A model generated the notes under the pieces. It was not told the DNA's origin and did no database searches. It saw only the letters and a program-made list of their open reading frames with translations. Below, piece after piece: positions 47,765-61,231 of a DNA stretch of 64,000 bases (positions within the stretch are counted from its first letter, which is position 1; each line of letters starts with the position of its first letter). This DNA comes from Takakia lepidozioides (lineage: Eukaryota > Plantae > Bryophyta), in NCBI GenBank assembly GCA_030704615.1, contig CM060732.1:68076001-68140000 (forward strand), in the 5' to 3' direction. A program made the translations under genes and the position numbers.

Positions 47765-49066
47765 CTATGGTTTGGCAGGTAAAGATCTGTACTCAGGTTG
47801 TAAGGGATCGGATGTATCATTTCTCATGGGCATCAGGTCCGATGCCTCAAGACTAGAATACCGGAAGCCGTATCGGCCTAGAATTTGATTGTTTGCAAAG
47901 TTGAATGCTCGATCCATGTGGTGCATACACTCCGCCACAGGATAATCGGCGTAATTCCCACATGGCTTGCACCCCATGAAATGAGTCACAAAAGGCCATC
48001 TATTGGTGCCAAGCTCACCGGGGTGATCCATCATCTGCTTGTACTTGCCCACCAATTTCACCCAGTTGCCATGCAAGTCATATGAATCTTCTAAGAAGAC
48101 TTTGTCACTCCAATGGTGGGTATCCTCTGCAGTCAACAGATCGATAAGTGCGGACTGGTCGTCCGCCTCAAAATTGGCTCTATCTTTCAAAGTGCTGTTC
48201 AACAAATTGCCAGCTTTCTCCCTCACAGGGCCCTTGGGACCCAACGATGCCCAGGCATCCAACAAATCAAGTGACCACTGACAATTCCGGATCAGGAAGA
48301 TGCCAGTGTTAAGCCCTACCCAATTTCTTTGATGGTAAACTAGCTCTTTGAAACCGTGGAGGACGAGATTATAGTCGTCGTATCTCCCAATGGGAATCTC
48401 GAACGCCATGTCTGTGAACAGTGCATCGCTATCCATCCACCATATCCATTCCACCTCTGGGTTACCCAACATGAGCCTGCGAACGAGCGGTAGCTTTGCC
48501 CAAAATCCTGACATTTTTCTGTCCAAGTGCGCCGTGTTGTAGAAGAAGTCAATGTTGTGTAGCCGGCAGTAGTCGATCTTGTTTTTCACAGACTTGAGTA
48601 GTAAGTAATCTCCTCGTTGCTTCTCACAGGGCGTTGGTTGGGCCCCTGATAAAAGCAGCATGCGGGGCTTCCCACGAGCAGTAAGACCAGGAGATGAGGG
48701 GTTCTGTTCGAACCATTCCCGCCGTTGCTCATCCCACATGGTTATTTTGGGACCCAAAGAGTAAGACCCATCGCTGGGATCGGTTTCGTCGTTTTCAAGC
48801 TCCCACTTCTTTTCAGCGTTGCTCTTCTCAGCGTGGTGGACATGCTGCTGTAGGTGACTTACACCCCTAAGGTGTAGATGATCCTGCAGTAGCTGGAAGT
48901 CTTGTTGAGGCGTCCCATATTCACCCGCCCCGACGTTGCCTCTAAGAACAAGTATCGTCATAACGCCACAGAGACAGGTGAAAAATAGATCTCGCAATCT
49001 CTTCTTGCAGGCATGCCTGCCTCTATGCCCGGATAAGTAGCGTCTGTTTACAAAATTTACTCGCAT
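47765..49066 (-). CDS. XXT: GT34 xyloglucan 6-xylosyltransferase-like, intronless, 433 aa
   Basis: Type II TM segment (TCLCGVMTILVLRG), KNKIDYCRLH, GFWAKLP, WWMDSDA, GLNTGIFL, FEADDQSA, THFMGCKPC; first ATG 49066. Confidence 0.93.
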   Translation of the reverse strand: MRVNFVNRRYLSGHRGRHACKKRLRDLFFTCLCGVMTILVLRGNVGAGEYGTPQQDFQLLQDHLHLRGVSHLQQHVHHAEKSNAEKKWELENDETDPSDGSYSLGPKITMWDEQRREWFEQNPSSPGLTARGKPRMLLLSGAQPTPCEKQRGDYLLLKSVKNKIDYCRLHNIDFFYNTAHLDRKMSGFWAKLPLVRRLMLGNPEVEWIWWMDSDALFTDMAFEIPIGRYDDYNLVLHGFKELVYHQRNWVGLNTGIFLIRNCQWSLDLLDAWASLGPKGPVREKAGNLLNSTLKDRANFEADDQSALIDLLTAEDTHHWSDKVFLEDSYDLHGNWVKLVGKYKQMMDHPGELGTNRWPFVTHFMGCKPCGNYADYPVAECMHHMDRAFNFANNQILGRYGFRYSSLEASDLMPMRNDTSDPLQPEYRSLPAKP

Positions 49067-51279
49067 GGTGTGCGCGCCTGTGAGAGCTCGCAAACTGCTG
49101 GCGTATACTAGAGACAGCAGCCCCTACGCATACTGACCCAAGGATGGTTTTCCCCTAGCATAGTAGAGCCTCACCGAAGAAGCATAAGCACAAGGGGAGA
49201 GAGATGAATTGCAGGAGGAGGGAAGGAGAGAGAGAGGGAGAGAGAGGGAGAGAGTTGACGCCAGTGGAATCCAGCGTAATAGAGCGTAAATATGAAAGAT
49301 CAGAAGCAATATGATCCGGAGGTGAGGAAAACTAGAAATCACCAACTTCACCACAGCAGTACCCCACCCATTTTGACCCCATCACCAAACAATTCCTCTT
49401 TGAGCTATAAGAGACCGATCAACATGAGAGGTCAGCAGACTTCTTCGAAAGTAAAGGGCTGCGTAGTTAATCTCAACGATTAAGGCCGGATGATCAACAT
49501 CAACCTAAACTTCTGTATTCAAATATAGTCGTTCGAACCTCTGCTGCTCTCATCTTGAATGGACCAAGATGATGAGAGAACACAAATATACAACAATCTG
49601 TCTTTTATAGTCATTCACTCTGCTATTTGTCTCCTCATTCCTTCATCAAGCAAGTTCTCCAAATTCAGCCGTCTACCGCTTTTTTTAATCTTTCAAGCCT
49701 CCAAATAGTGTGCTGTAATCTTATCATGAAACACCACATTCTGTACATGCAATAAAGGGAAACCCATCAATCTGATGTTGGATTTGAGTTTTTCTTCTTT
49801 GGGACTGATTGCTGATATAGTATGATCTCAACGGTGGAAGTTCTCCCAAATCCTGTAAAGCTTCATAAGAGACTGTGGGAGGTGGGATGTGGGAGGTGCA
49901 AGTCTGCCACATGTGAACATCATTGTACTTATATTCCGTCGCAGATTATACGCACCCTCTTATTACTGATTGCTTGTCCGACAAGAGGGCAGACAATTGC
50001 CACCCAACACCACCAACTGCTCGCAAAAAAACCCACCCATCTGGGACCCACTTATGCTTTGCTGACACCCTTGTGCAATAAGAGAGAGCAATAAGAGAGA
50101 TAAGCCAACCCATTCCATGCGCTTGCGTGGGGTCACCTTGCACCCACCATCATTCTCTTGGGATCAACAGATCTAAAACTGATCTGAACAATCCTTGACA
50201 CTGTTGTTGTTGGACTTAATCTCGATGGGTTTTTCCTCGGAGACATTTGTTGGCTCTCTCTACAAGAGAGCCAGACTACGCATCATGTTGAAGTCAATGG
50301 AGAAAATGTGGTCAAAGGACCTTACACCGTGTCAAGGTACCGATTGCTGTATTGTGCTAAGTCGCGCTCCCTAGTCTTACTTTCCTCTTATGTTTTGCCC
50401 AAGCAAGAGAGCCCATTATCGTTTGAGGCTTGTTTGTTGTGAAACGTTGGTATAGAGCTTTGTTGGACCAAAAAGCAAAGCATCCATCCGGTAATTCAAA
50501 CCCTCAAGGGTGATATGTATTCGAAATTCTTCCAAAGCTCCACACTTGTGAAAAAACACCTACACTGGTGGCTGAGGGGTGGATGAAAAGCACCTCTCAG
50601 GTGTTCCCGATGTGCTCTTATGAGTGTTTAAATTTTTTGCATCTGTGAGTAGATTATGATGAGTTTTTTAGCACTCCAAAATTGCTTCCATGCCTGGCCT
50701 GAGTAGAAGAATGACCCATGCAGGAGAGGGAAAGGATGGATCTAAGATTAGGGGTGGGTGCATAGATGAGTTTCGGACAGCGGCATTGAGACACAATCAT
50801 CATTTCCGGGGAGAAGATGGAATTCAGGCTCACAAACCTCAATCATAATGTACCACTTCTACTCCGCTGCTCTAGGGCATCTTCTTCCCTTTCTCTGATT
50901 CCAGAAGATCACACATCAAGCACCAATGCTGGTACCAGCAGCTGGTTTTCAATCTTCGGGTCTGGAAGGAGATAAAGGTTGCATGTCAAACACTCTTTCT
51001 TGCTTGCGAGAACAACACTAGTACATCAGATCTATTGAAGACCGTGCTGGGATTCTGGGTTTCCCAAAATAGGCAACCAAATCCTGTCATCAATCAATTA
51101 CCCAGCACAGTGGGCACCTCAGTTCGTGTCCCCCGTTTTCAATCTGCTGTTCCAGAAGGAACTAGGAAACCAAGGTTTTGGCAAGAATTCGTAACAAACT
51201 CCAGTAATCAGTAGCCCAGCAAAGTGGGCACCTCAAGGTCATCCTCGTCCTGTTCTTAATCTATTGTTGACACAACAAT

Positions 51280-51525
51280 CCCTTGCTCCTTTCTGACACC
51301 TGTCCTCCATCATTTTTCTCACCTTCGCTTGATCATCCCACCAGCCAGCTGCAGCATAGATATCTGACAACAGCACATAGGCTGCAGCGTGCTGTGGATT
51401 GCTCTTGAGAAAGCTTTTTGCCACACACTCTGCTACCTCCACATTGCTGTGGACTCTGCAGGCACCAAGCCAGGCCCTCCACACCGCAGCATCTGGTTCC
51501 GTTGGCAATTTGTTAATGAAGCCCT
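51280..51525 (-). pseudogene. PPR E-domain fragment
   Basis: MPTEPDAAVWRAWLGACRVH...YVLLSDIYAAAGWWDD. Confidence 0.85.
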
Positions 51526-51780
51526 GTTATGCTTTGCATTCAGCTCTGGAAAGGAGGTGTCTAAATCAGTGGTTTGACTATAGTCTAGACACACTGGCTC
51601 GGACATACAAAAACATGTTTTACAAATCCGAGTTTCTATGGAACTGTCGCAATCCAGTTTCTCGTCTCTCTTTTCTCTTCAACAACTAATCCGAGTTTCA
51701 GATGACTTCCAGAAGTACCAGTTCCATGTGCAAAGTTACAACTTTCCTCGGGTCATCATAATAACATGTGTTCTCCCTCC

Positions 51781-52416
51781 CTACTCAGTGCAGATAACCA
51801 CGACCTTCCCAGTTGCATGCCTTCCAATGTTGCGTTCCCAAGCATCTCCTGCCTTCGCTAACGGATATGTGGAGTCCACAATAATTCTCAGCTTCCCTTC
51901 TCCAGCAAGCTCTACAATTACCTGCAGATCTGCAAGGGTGGGTGACATTAGAAACGGTAGAAACTTTTGGGTTTTAAATGTGATCCTGTGGTAGAAGTTT
52001 TCTATGAAGGTCCTAAAGGTTGGCGTCATGTCGATCACTGTTGCATGGGAAGTAAGTTGGGGCTGGAAGGCGGCCAGAGTTTGATATATTGCCAGGTGAA
52101 AGACCACGTATTTCTTTCCCGAAGGACTCTTATATTGGGCACCTTCAGGGGTGTTGTAGTCCAGCACTTCATCGGCTCCCAGGCCCTTAACCAGCTCAAT
52201 GTTGCGGGCACCGCATGTGGCGGTCACAAAGCCACCTCCTCGTTTGGCAATCTGCACAATAGACTCCCACGACATCGAGGCAATGCGACCTGTGTGCATT
52301 TCACAGCGAAACGAAGGCGATACTGAAGTGGGCACCTGCTCATAATCCTTTCGAGCATTGCCACTCACTTGAAACAGCTAGGAATGGAGGAAAGGTGGCG
52401 TGGAAGGAGTGTGTGC

Positions 52417-52450
<34 letters not shown>

Positions 52451-54033
52451 CTGGACTAAAAGTATTCCAACACCACCAGATGCTGCGGTTACAAGCACAT
52501 TGAGATGTGAGCTTCCATCCAATTTGACCCCTGCGAGTTTAATACTTTGCAACGCTGTCAAACCAGTAACAGGCAGGGAAGCACCATCCACTGCCGACAA
52601 ATTCGGTGGACGTTTCACTTGTCAAGTCGGCGGGCACTACCGCGTACTCCGCTAGTGATCCTTGCGTCTGCTTACATCCCCCGGGCCAAAATCTCTTATA
52701 GAAACTTGACATGGTGAAAAGCTTGCAGCATTTTGTACCAGAAAACGAGTCCCGTGAGCAAACCAGATGTGATCTACTGGTCAATCATTTTCCGACTGAA
52801 CTGCTAGTTCCTACGGTGGTCACTTCCACAGTAGTGGTATAAACATATGAGACCCCAAGCCAGAACTCTTAATACGTTTGTACAATGTGCATTGAAAGCT
52901 TTTCCTTACCTTGTCAACCACAGAAAGACCTCCACAGTTGCTTGGCCTGTGGGATGACAAACTTCGTGTTGTCGAGGCAGCTTAGAGCTTTCCTTCAAGG
53001 AAATCACGAGGAGATACAAGTGCTAAAATAGATTGTTTTCAATGATTGGTCTGATACTGAGACCCATTCGTATCAAGATGTACAAAGAGAGAGGCTTACC
53101 GCGATGGCCAAGTTGGAAATGATTTTGTCACCAGGGCTGAATCCTTCCACTTCAGGGCCCAATGTAACCACCTTGCCCGCAACATCCGTGCCTGGCAGTT
53201 GTGTGAAATATGTAAGAAACATCTGGGCATGAGGAACTGATTATTTAAATAGAGACAGGAACACATTCCTTCATATTAACAAAATTTGGAAGCAAAGCTG
53301 AACTACAGAGTGTGTGACAAATTACCTGGGATAGTAGGAAACTTGTGAGGCAGAATGTGCTTCAAGAGCACGCCTTGCTGAATTCTCCAGTCAACCGGAT
53401 TGACACTCGCAGCCTCTACCCTAACCAACATCTCCCCCTTTTTCGGAGTCGGCACTTGTATCTCCACATACTGCAGCCACAGTCAAAGAAGAACGATCCC
53501 GCAACAGCATCTCAAGTTAGCTACAAAATTCCAGATGAAATGAAATGGTGCTTTATAACGTCAGCGGAAAGCTCATAAAGCTTATGGGACAAAATGGAGG
53601 AAAACATGAGAGAGGAAACAAAAAACCCAGAGCCAAAAGTAAAAACTGTTGCTTCCAAGTTCTCCTGACATGTAGTTCCATAAGCTCCCCTCTAATGAGT
53701 CTGCTGGGGTCCTGCTTGGATGTGATGTCCACCCCGTCTGAATTCACTTGTAATAGTGGTAATAGTGAAGCAATAGAGGCTTGAAACCTGCAGCTTTGAG
53801 CCTAATGGTTGTTGCGAGGGCTCTTGCCACGAGCCCTTGGGGGGGAAGGGCTTGTAACCTATGAAGAAAAATTGTAAGCCGGAAGAGGGCCTCGGTTTTG
53901 CAGTGGCACGCATGCGAACCCTGCACCTAGGATGTGAGATGGAGTTGTGCCTCTGGCGCCAAGCATTGCGTGGAGAAAAGATGTGAGATGCGAAGTATGT
54001 ACTGCCTGTTTGACCCACACTAACAGTAGCCAT
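51781..54033 (-). pseudogene. ceQORH: Chloroplast envelope quinone oxidoreductase homologue (MDR family) with one apparent frameshift
   Basis: Exons 53470-53326 (AASVNPVDWRIQ), 53191-53100 (GTDVAG), ~52667-52451 (SLAEYAV, AASGGVG; +1 nt near 52620), 52251-51781 (LGADEVLDY...HATGKVVV); first exon 54033-53788 tentative. Confidence 0.8.
52419..52448. repeat. (GA)n microsatellite in an intron
   Basis: About 15 GA units. Confidence 0.9.
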
Positions 54034-54278
54034 ATCCTTGATTTTTAACACGCTAGAGGCATACGACCAACGTGCACAGCAAAAAACAAATGGGGTTCAC
54101 GCAAGGCGGTGGATGAGAAAGAGAGATGCGTGCCGCCTCAAGAGCTGCAGGCCCTCCGCCATACTTAGAATACCGCACAGCTCGCATCGTCTTGGCCATC
54201 ACCTCTCAGCTTTCCAGCTTTCCGCTCGTTGGAAGACGAATCCAATAAAAGGTAGGGTAAGGGCCCCCCGCAAATCCC

Positions 54279-54288
54279 GCCACGTGTC
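54279..54288. promoter_or_regulatory. G-box/ABRE-like element upstream of the ceQORH-like gene
   Basis: GCCACGTGTC about 250 bp upstream of the putative ATG. Confidence 0.35.
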
Positions 54289-54657
54289 CCTTCTTTTAGC
54301 GCCCAGACTTCTTTAAGGCTTCTTCCCCCACTGCGGCATCTTCTTTGCTTCCCGCTTCCTTTGGTACCATAGGGAAGGCTGATCCGGCACTAAATAATTT
54401 GCATAATAATTAAGTGAAAATTTAGGAAAAACTGCCGAAATCCCAGAAACTTTATAAAAAAATGCCTAAAATCTCAAACAAACTCCAAATATCAAATCTC
54501 CAAATGCGTGTTTCAAGGCATAAAGCTCTAGGAAAATATTTTCCTTAGCTCGGAGAAATCCTAGAATAATTGGCTGAACAATCACTGCATTTGATGATTG
54601 ACAAGATGCTCTCTCATGGCTCTTAACAACCCACATACCATACCACACCCATCGGTA

Positions 54658-54721
54658 GCAAGATTTGACCCCAGAATCATCTGGGTGGCACTAAGTGCAC
54701 TTAACCATCTGAGCTATTGAC
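54658..54721 (-). mobile_element. tRNA-derived SINE-like head
   Basis: Box A TAGCTCAGATGG and degenerate box B GGGTCAAATC at tRNA-like spacing; no intact cloverleaf. Confidence 0.45.
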
Positions 54722-55472
54722 TGTTGGTACATAATTCTCTTACCACACTAGGGCTTCGCGTTGCTCCGCACTACTAGCGACGAATTGTGAGAACTACGTT
54801 CAATTTTTCACAAAAAAGGGGTGGGTCATCCCCACAGTGTTAAATGCAGAGATCCCGTGTTTTTTTTTTTGGAAGAATGGCAATGTTCAATTTTCACAAG
54901 CCACATCAACCAATAACAACATACCCAAATACCATTACATTCACTATATGAACTTTCAAGCATCCACCATGGGATTGGATCTTGGTGGGTTAAGGCTAGC
55001 TTTTGACAATATTTGTGCAAGTTCGTCAAGGGATCCATCCAAAGCCACACCACGAGAAACAAACAAACATGTCTAAATTTAATATGTTGAACAAACTTGT
55101 GCACAGGGCTGCCCCTCTCATCAAGCTCATTAAAATTCGTATTCACTTCCATCTTCAAGCTTTGGAGAAGCTCCACCACCCAAACCCAGAATTAGGACAG
55201 CACTCTGATTTCCATCCACTGTCGCCAGAATCAGTAAAAAATCATCCCTCCAGTCAAGTGCAATTGCGGGCTGACTTCCCACCTATGCCGAGTAGACCCC
55301 ACTGTCAGGAAATGGTGGATGGTCTGAGATCAATGAATGAAGCAAGACAATTGCATCTTGCACTCAACAGTACATGATGGTCAGCACTCTCAGGAAATGG
55401 TGGATGGTATGAGTAGCTACACAAATCAATGAATGAAGCAAGACACTAGCATCTTTCCAAGAAAACATCCTT

Positions 55473-55545
55473 TCACCAGTAATCACCACAAGAACAAATC
55501 CCATCTTCAAAGTGGTGGAAAGTAGTAGCATCCCATACAACAATT
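55473..55545 (-). pseudogene. Isolated DYW C-terminal fragment
   Basis: [23 protein letters not shown]. Confidence 0.85.
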
Positions 55546-55549
55546 GATG

Positions 55550-56100
55550 TGAAGATGCTTTGTGAGGCAGACAGACTGAAAGAGGCTTTACAAACTTTAA
55601 ACCAAGGAGGCGTTTCAGCAGATGCATATACGTTTGTCTGTCTTGCATAAATGCATCAAGATGAAAGGCCTTGAAGCTGGAAAGTAGGTGCACACTCACA
55701 TTATCCAAAGTGGATTCACGCCAAATGTTTTTCTAGTCAACACCCTTGTCAACATATATGTTAAGTGCGGGAGCATCATGGATGATCACCAAGTGTTCAA
55801 TAGAATGCCTCAACGATCTTTGATCACGTGGAATATAATGTTGGGAGGATTCACCAAGCATGGGTGGTCAAATCCTCCATGGGTCGTGCCACAAGGTCAA
55901 GGCCAATGTGGTGAGGGCACATTCTTCTTCGACCTATTTTAGCCTGTTTTGCCCTCTCATCAGACTCGACCCTGAGATGCATACTGAATTGTCAAAGACA
56001 ATGTGGTGAGGGCACCTTGATGTGGTGAGCAAATGATGCGCGAAGGGGTGAAACCAAACCACATCACGTTCATTTGTGTTTGCAATGCGAATGCCTAGCT
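55550..56100 (+). pseudogene. PPR gene fragments
   Basis: HTHIIQSGFTPNVFLVNTLVNIYVKCGS...TWNIMLGGFTKHG; EQMMREGVKPNHITFICVCNA. Confidence 0.8.
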
Positions 56101-57483
56101 AAAATCACTTCTTTGTGGATTGCTAAACACTTCCCGAGACAAGCACTAATATTGGTGTTTTGTTGCGCAAGATATAAATGTAAAGTCTCAATGGCAGCTT
56201 GAACCTCACAAAATAATTCTACGAGTTGTGGTGGCAAAACTGTTTCTTCATCAGCTTGTTCTTCAACGGTCTCCTCTGCAGGAGTCACTATGTCCCAAAT
56301 CTCGTCATCAGTAGGTCAAAAGACATGTTGAGATCAAATTGTGTTTCGAATTCAACAAACTTCAATGCATCCATGGTTGGAACCTCATTATTAGGAATGA
56401 CGGAGAGCTCCGCAAATTGCTGCAACATTATATCCATTTCCTGAAGTTCACCATGAGCATCAAGCCCCTGTGAGTTGCCACCATCTAGATTTGGCAAGCT
56501 GTAAAGACCACAATATCGATAGCAATGTCTAATGACATCAGAACTTATGTGAGCATGTCATACTTTTTCAACCACAAGTACAGCTTGATATACATCAACT
56601 TCAGTGTTCTTGTTTTTCATCAAACAATCAATCTCATGACTGATATTAAATAGTTTTCTGTAATGCGCCTTAAAGGCCCTGATGATCCCAATGTCTATAG
56701 GTTGTCACATGGTTGCCATATTGGGAGGAAGCATGACAATGGTGGTGGTACGTAACTAGTCTGCAGCGAGATTAACCACCTTATGACCAAAGAAATTGTC
56801 TAAGAGCATAAGTACCTTTTCTTTCCCAGCAATGCGCATCCGTCTTTCAAAATCCAGCAAGAACTTCTCAAATAGCAATACCGTCAGAATGCCCAAGTTG
56901 GAAGGACGTGTGATATTCCTGCGTGTGAATGCATGGGGCCGTAGTGATTTATTGATAATCATAGGTGACAACTTCATAATACCATCGGCATTTGCAGCAA
57001 CTCTACAATTATGCGCTACTTATGTTGTTTCTTCCCACTTAGCCTCCTAGTTGCCAAAGTTTTGTTGGGCTCAAGCCTATGCCATGTCTCATCCATGTGG
57101 AACACATAAGCCGGGGCGTACGTGGATACTTGTTGACATATTGCTGTCATTTGAGCTTTAGCCTCCAGGGAAGCACTTGCAGAAGCTGTCTCTCCATGTC
57201 GTGTGTAGCCTCTAATGTCAAATCTCTTTTTGAATCCATGTACCCATCCATGAGAGAGAGTTCTCTCACTGTTGACTATTCTAGGTTCTTTCTTATAAAA
57301 TCGCTTTGCAACTACACATATCACATCATCTGTAATTGTGGCAGTACAGTCTTGCATGAGACACAACCAGAAGAACGGGGCTTCTTGTACACGTGGACAC
57401 ATAGACTTTATTACTCTCTCGGACTGGGACTTAACTAGACCAAATACTCGTTTTTTTCTTTTCAAGTTTCTACTAATGGTCAT
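56100..57483 (-). mobile_element. pogo/Tigger (CENP-B HTH plus DDE_1) transposase relic
   Basis: SHGWVHGFKKRF, HGE, FHMDET, NADG, LLDNFFGH, LPPN...QPIDIGIIRAFKAHYRK; stops and frameshifts. Confidence 0.85.
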
Positions 57484-60427
57484 CTTGATTCTCAGAAACT
57501 ACACAGCCGAACCTCTGGGAAGCCCACACACTCACTGCCTTATTACTAATCTTCTTAGTCTCTGTACTTTACTCAAGATAATAAAATATTATCTCTTTCT
57601 TCTGCTGGTTGTTCAACTGAACACATTTTCACGACATAATCATTCTCATTACAAGCGGCGCCATCGTGTAAATCAAACAAAGATTCGGGGGTTCAATTCA
57701 TTGAGTCGACATTGTTGAGCTTTAGGTGTATTTAATATTAAACATTGGTTTAAATATTTGCATGCTATTTTATCTTATTGATAATGAAGATTGTGCATAT
57801 CTTAACAAATATGAAATCGAATAAATGATATAGGGATTATTTTTCAAACAAAATGAATAAATATTTAATTGAAAACATATATATTACCTCTCTTGTTGTG
57901 TTGAAGCTGCCTTGTGAGCGTCTTGTGTATTGCAGTCAAGCGTAGCACCGCATTAGCGTCTGGTGCATGAGTTAAAATAATCGAGCTCTGCGTTGTTGTG
58001 AGAATACTTGATCCTGTGGTTGTGCACACAAATTTTTGACAATAGCATTGGCAGGTCTCATGGTTCCAAAGAAATCATCAATTGCTGATAGATAGAATAG
58101 AATTTAGGGTAAAATGACATAACTTGGCTATCTTTAGATTTGTCCCCATCAGCAACCAACAATTCGTAATGACTTTTGTTTATAGGACCAATCACAGCGT
58201 GAACGACCACAACAAACACTCCAATTTTGAATGAGAGATATTCAAATAATATCTTGATGGATGAAGTGAGGGGTAATCGAAAATTTAATAGGAATTTCCT
58301 CGATCTTTGCTGCGGAAGTTTCAATCTTGATGACATGAGGTGAGTCGAACTTTGATTTCTTGCCCAATAGAAAATTGGAAATCTTGACATAGTTTCCAAG
58401 ACAAAGGATATTCCCATTTTGTAGAATTAAGAAAGTTTTGTTTATTTTTCAATGATAAATTAATATTACACATTTGTAGTTTGAAATACAATGTTACAAA
58501 CGTGAAGTTCTTAACCCTAAAGGACGAGCCCGTTTTTAGTGGGCCCATTGCATATATATATAGGGCCCACCGCTGAAGAGGCAGTAGCCGGAAGTGGCTC
58601 TTAGTTACGCTGGAGTCTTCTCTCTCTACCAATATTGTATCCCTATTGAATATATCATCTTGATTATCTTAAATAGTGCTTTACCAATTAAGATAACTAG
58701 ATTTATCAATCCACTGACCATCATTAGTCTTGCCTAGTATATCATTGGTTATCTCAATGTATGGTCAATATAAGCACCACCCACCACTTGGAATGAAGTA
58801 CTAAGTCAACCACCATCCATCTTTAGCACCACTAAGTTAATATCATGGTCTAAAACCGTTATATCCAATGGTGAAGATAGAGGTACCTAATAAATTGCTG
58901 AAAGTTGACAATTTTTAGTTCTTCTACTAAGTTGTGTTGTCATCATCTCATCTACGCTTTCAAACCGTTTGTGGAGATGAACTCGTGAACTTGGTTGAAC
59001 TCGGTGAGCTCAGTGAACAGAAGTTATTTGTTTTCTCTTTAATGTGCTTGTAGTTCCTGTTGCGATCAAGAGAGTTGCAATGAGCAAGGTGAACAAAGGC
59101 TCTTTGTTTTCTCTTCATGTGCTTGGAGTTCCTATTGCGACTTCGTGTGCTTATAGTTCTTGTTGCGATAAAGATGACATTGTATCAATCTCCCTCCAAG
59201 AAGGCCAAAGTAAATTTGATTTTGTCTATCGATGATATTTCTACTGTGAGGGACTATGGCTTCAATATTGTCTAAAGTATGTTTTACCAAACAATTTATT
59301 ATTTAATGTATAGGCGGATTATTTATTTTTGGTGACAATTTTGATGTATCGGCGGAGATTTGAACCCATAACCTCCTAAAGTCTAAAATGAACTACCTAT
59401 TTCAAATCCAAAAAACATTTTAGCTTTGACGCGGATCCACAACCTCTAATCTAACTTGTAGACCTTATCCAATGCGAAGACCTTGCCCTAGGCATGGCCC
59501 AATAAAGCAAAGATTTTTGGGCCGGTTTAATATTATTGGTAGATGCCCCCAGGCGGTAGCCATGTTGGTGAAGCAGACAACACTGACGTGCCTCCCAAAT
59601 CTGCTCCCCGGAGTGTGTGTCATGTGGTCTATGCAACCGTGCGTTGGGGGCAACAGCCAACTCAAAATTGTGACTATAAAACTACTCACAGTGGGGTGTG
59701 GGCCTTCAACAATGTTTGGCGGTTTGTAGGAGTCGGTACGTTGCAACAGAGCGTGCTGCCCCACAAGTCTGGCTCTGCCGTCTTTGGAAAGCACTGCATC
59801 CAGAAAGGGAACTCAAAATCCTCAAAGCAGCGGGTGGGGCGTAAGTTATCTCGTGATATTCATGTGTGCTCTATGTAACTTCTGTGTAGGGTAAGGCGGG
59901 CCTGCCCAAGGGCATTCCACGAGGAATTGCCCTCGAAAAAACGGCAGAATACGCCACACCTGCTTTTAACGTCGTGGATGGTGTGGTTGGTGTGAAGGCA
60001 GAAAGTAAGAATAACTTGACAGTTGAAGTCAAGTGTTCAACTTGTGTAAGTCACAGTCTACACAACTCCAACACATCCATCACAATCAGATACCCACTTG
60101 TGTCCCCTCCCCTTGATATGTGCCAGGCGCCCATGGTATGATGCCATCATGGGTGCTTGCCACCATGCCCCCCCTAAGCCCATGGGATAGCCATGTCAAC
60201 GGTTTGTGAGGTTCAGAGTCTCTACATTACCTCTATAATGGTAATTAATGGCCATAGGGCTTTATGGCGGATAAAGGACAAAAGTGAAGGTAATGGCTGA
60301 AAACACGGTGTACCGGCCTGTGACGTGGGCGTCGCCAGTTGTGCACCGGCGGCCGCTTCGGTGCTTCGGCAAATTCCTTGGTAAGTCCCGGCAGGCAGAG
60401 CGTAGGCAGCGTAGGGCCGTGGGACAG

Positions 60428-60433
60428 TATAAA
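60428..60433 (+). promoter_or_regulatory. Putative TATA box of the threonine aldolase gene
   Basis: TATAAA in a GC-rich region, TGACGTGG at 60321, probable 5'UTR intron 60637-60873. Confidence 0.4.
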
Positions 60434-61231
60434 GGCAGCCGCCAAGGCGGGCTTTTGTCTTCCGCCATAGCTGTGTCTGGGGCGTGTTCGCCGGAGCTTT
60501 TGCTCTCTCTTTGCAATCGACTGGCCAGCCCTCGCTTGCCTTGTGTTCTTGTGCGCTTTCGGGGTTGTTAGAGTTGACTAAAGGTGTGTCACGCTTTCCG
60601 CGTCATTGTGGCTCTTGTTCTCACAACTTCTTAGAGGTGAGTGATTTCCTGGGGTTTTGCAAACTGTCGGTTTGGTTTGCGTTGTCGGTGGTGTGATTGC
60701 TGTGATTGCTGACTGTTCATCACGTAATCCTCTGACTGTATTTCTGTGTTGTACATTCTGCTGGTGAGGCATGCCTGTAACCTATGACTGCCATGATAGC
60801 TAATTTCTGCTACAGCTGCTATTTCATCACCAGCGAATTGCCTATTTTCTGAGCAATTGTCGTTTTTTTTCAGATCAGAACTTGCTATGTTGCGTTACCA
60901 TTCACAAGACTAGAAGCTTGCGTTTATTACGCGCACATGAGTAGACGGGACTTGGACATTGACACTAGAGCAGTCACTGGAGACTGCTTAAGGTGATATC
61001 GAAGTGACTTGTTTTAATCCGCTGCAAGCTTGAGGAAGCATCTAGTTTTCAGTCTGCTCCGGAGATTTCTGCTTTACTCCAATTCGATAATCCCGAAGAA
61101 TTGAAGTAGCTTCTGAAAATTCACGAACAGATTTTCTGACGCTCAAGATTGAGACGGAGCGTAACACGAGAGGGATTGAGCAATCACAAGAGAGAGACAT
61201 AGGTAGCAACAGAATTTTTGGTCAGGTTTAC

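Noticed and set aside
52826-52836. GTAGTG as the missing CACTA right end
   Set aside because: Does not match TTTCTGTAGTAGTG, lacks the TCG duplication and lies in a host intron
54658-54721. Functional tRNA gene
   Set aside because: Box B is degenerate and no acceptor or anticodon stems form; kept only as SINE-like
59450-59960. Cluster of short ORFs
   Set aside because: No recognisable motifs; probably a decayed repeat
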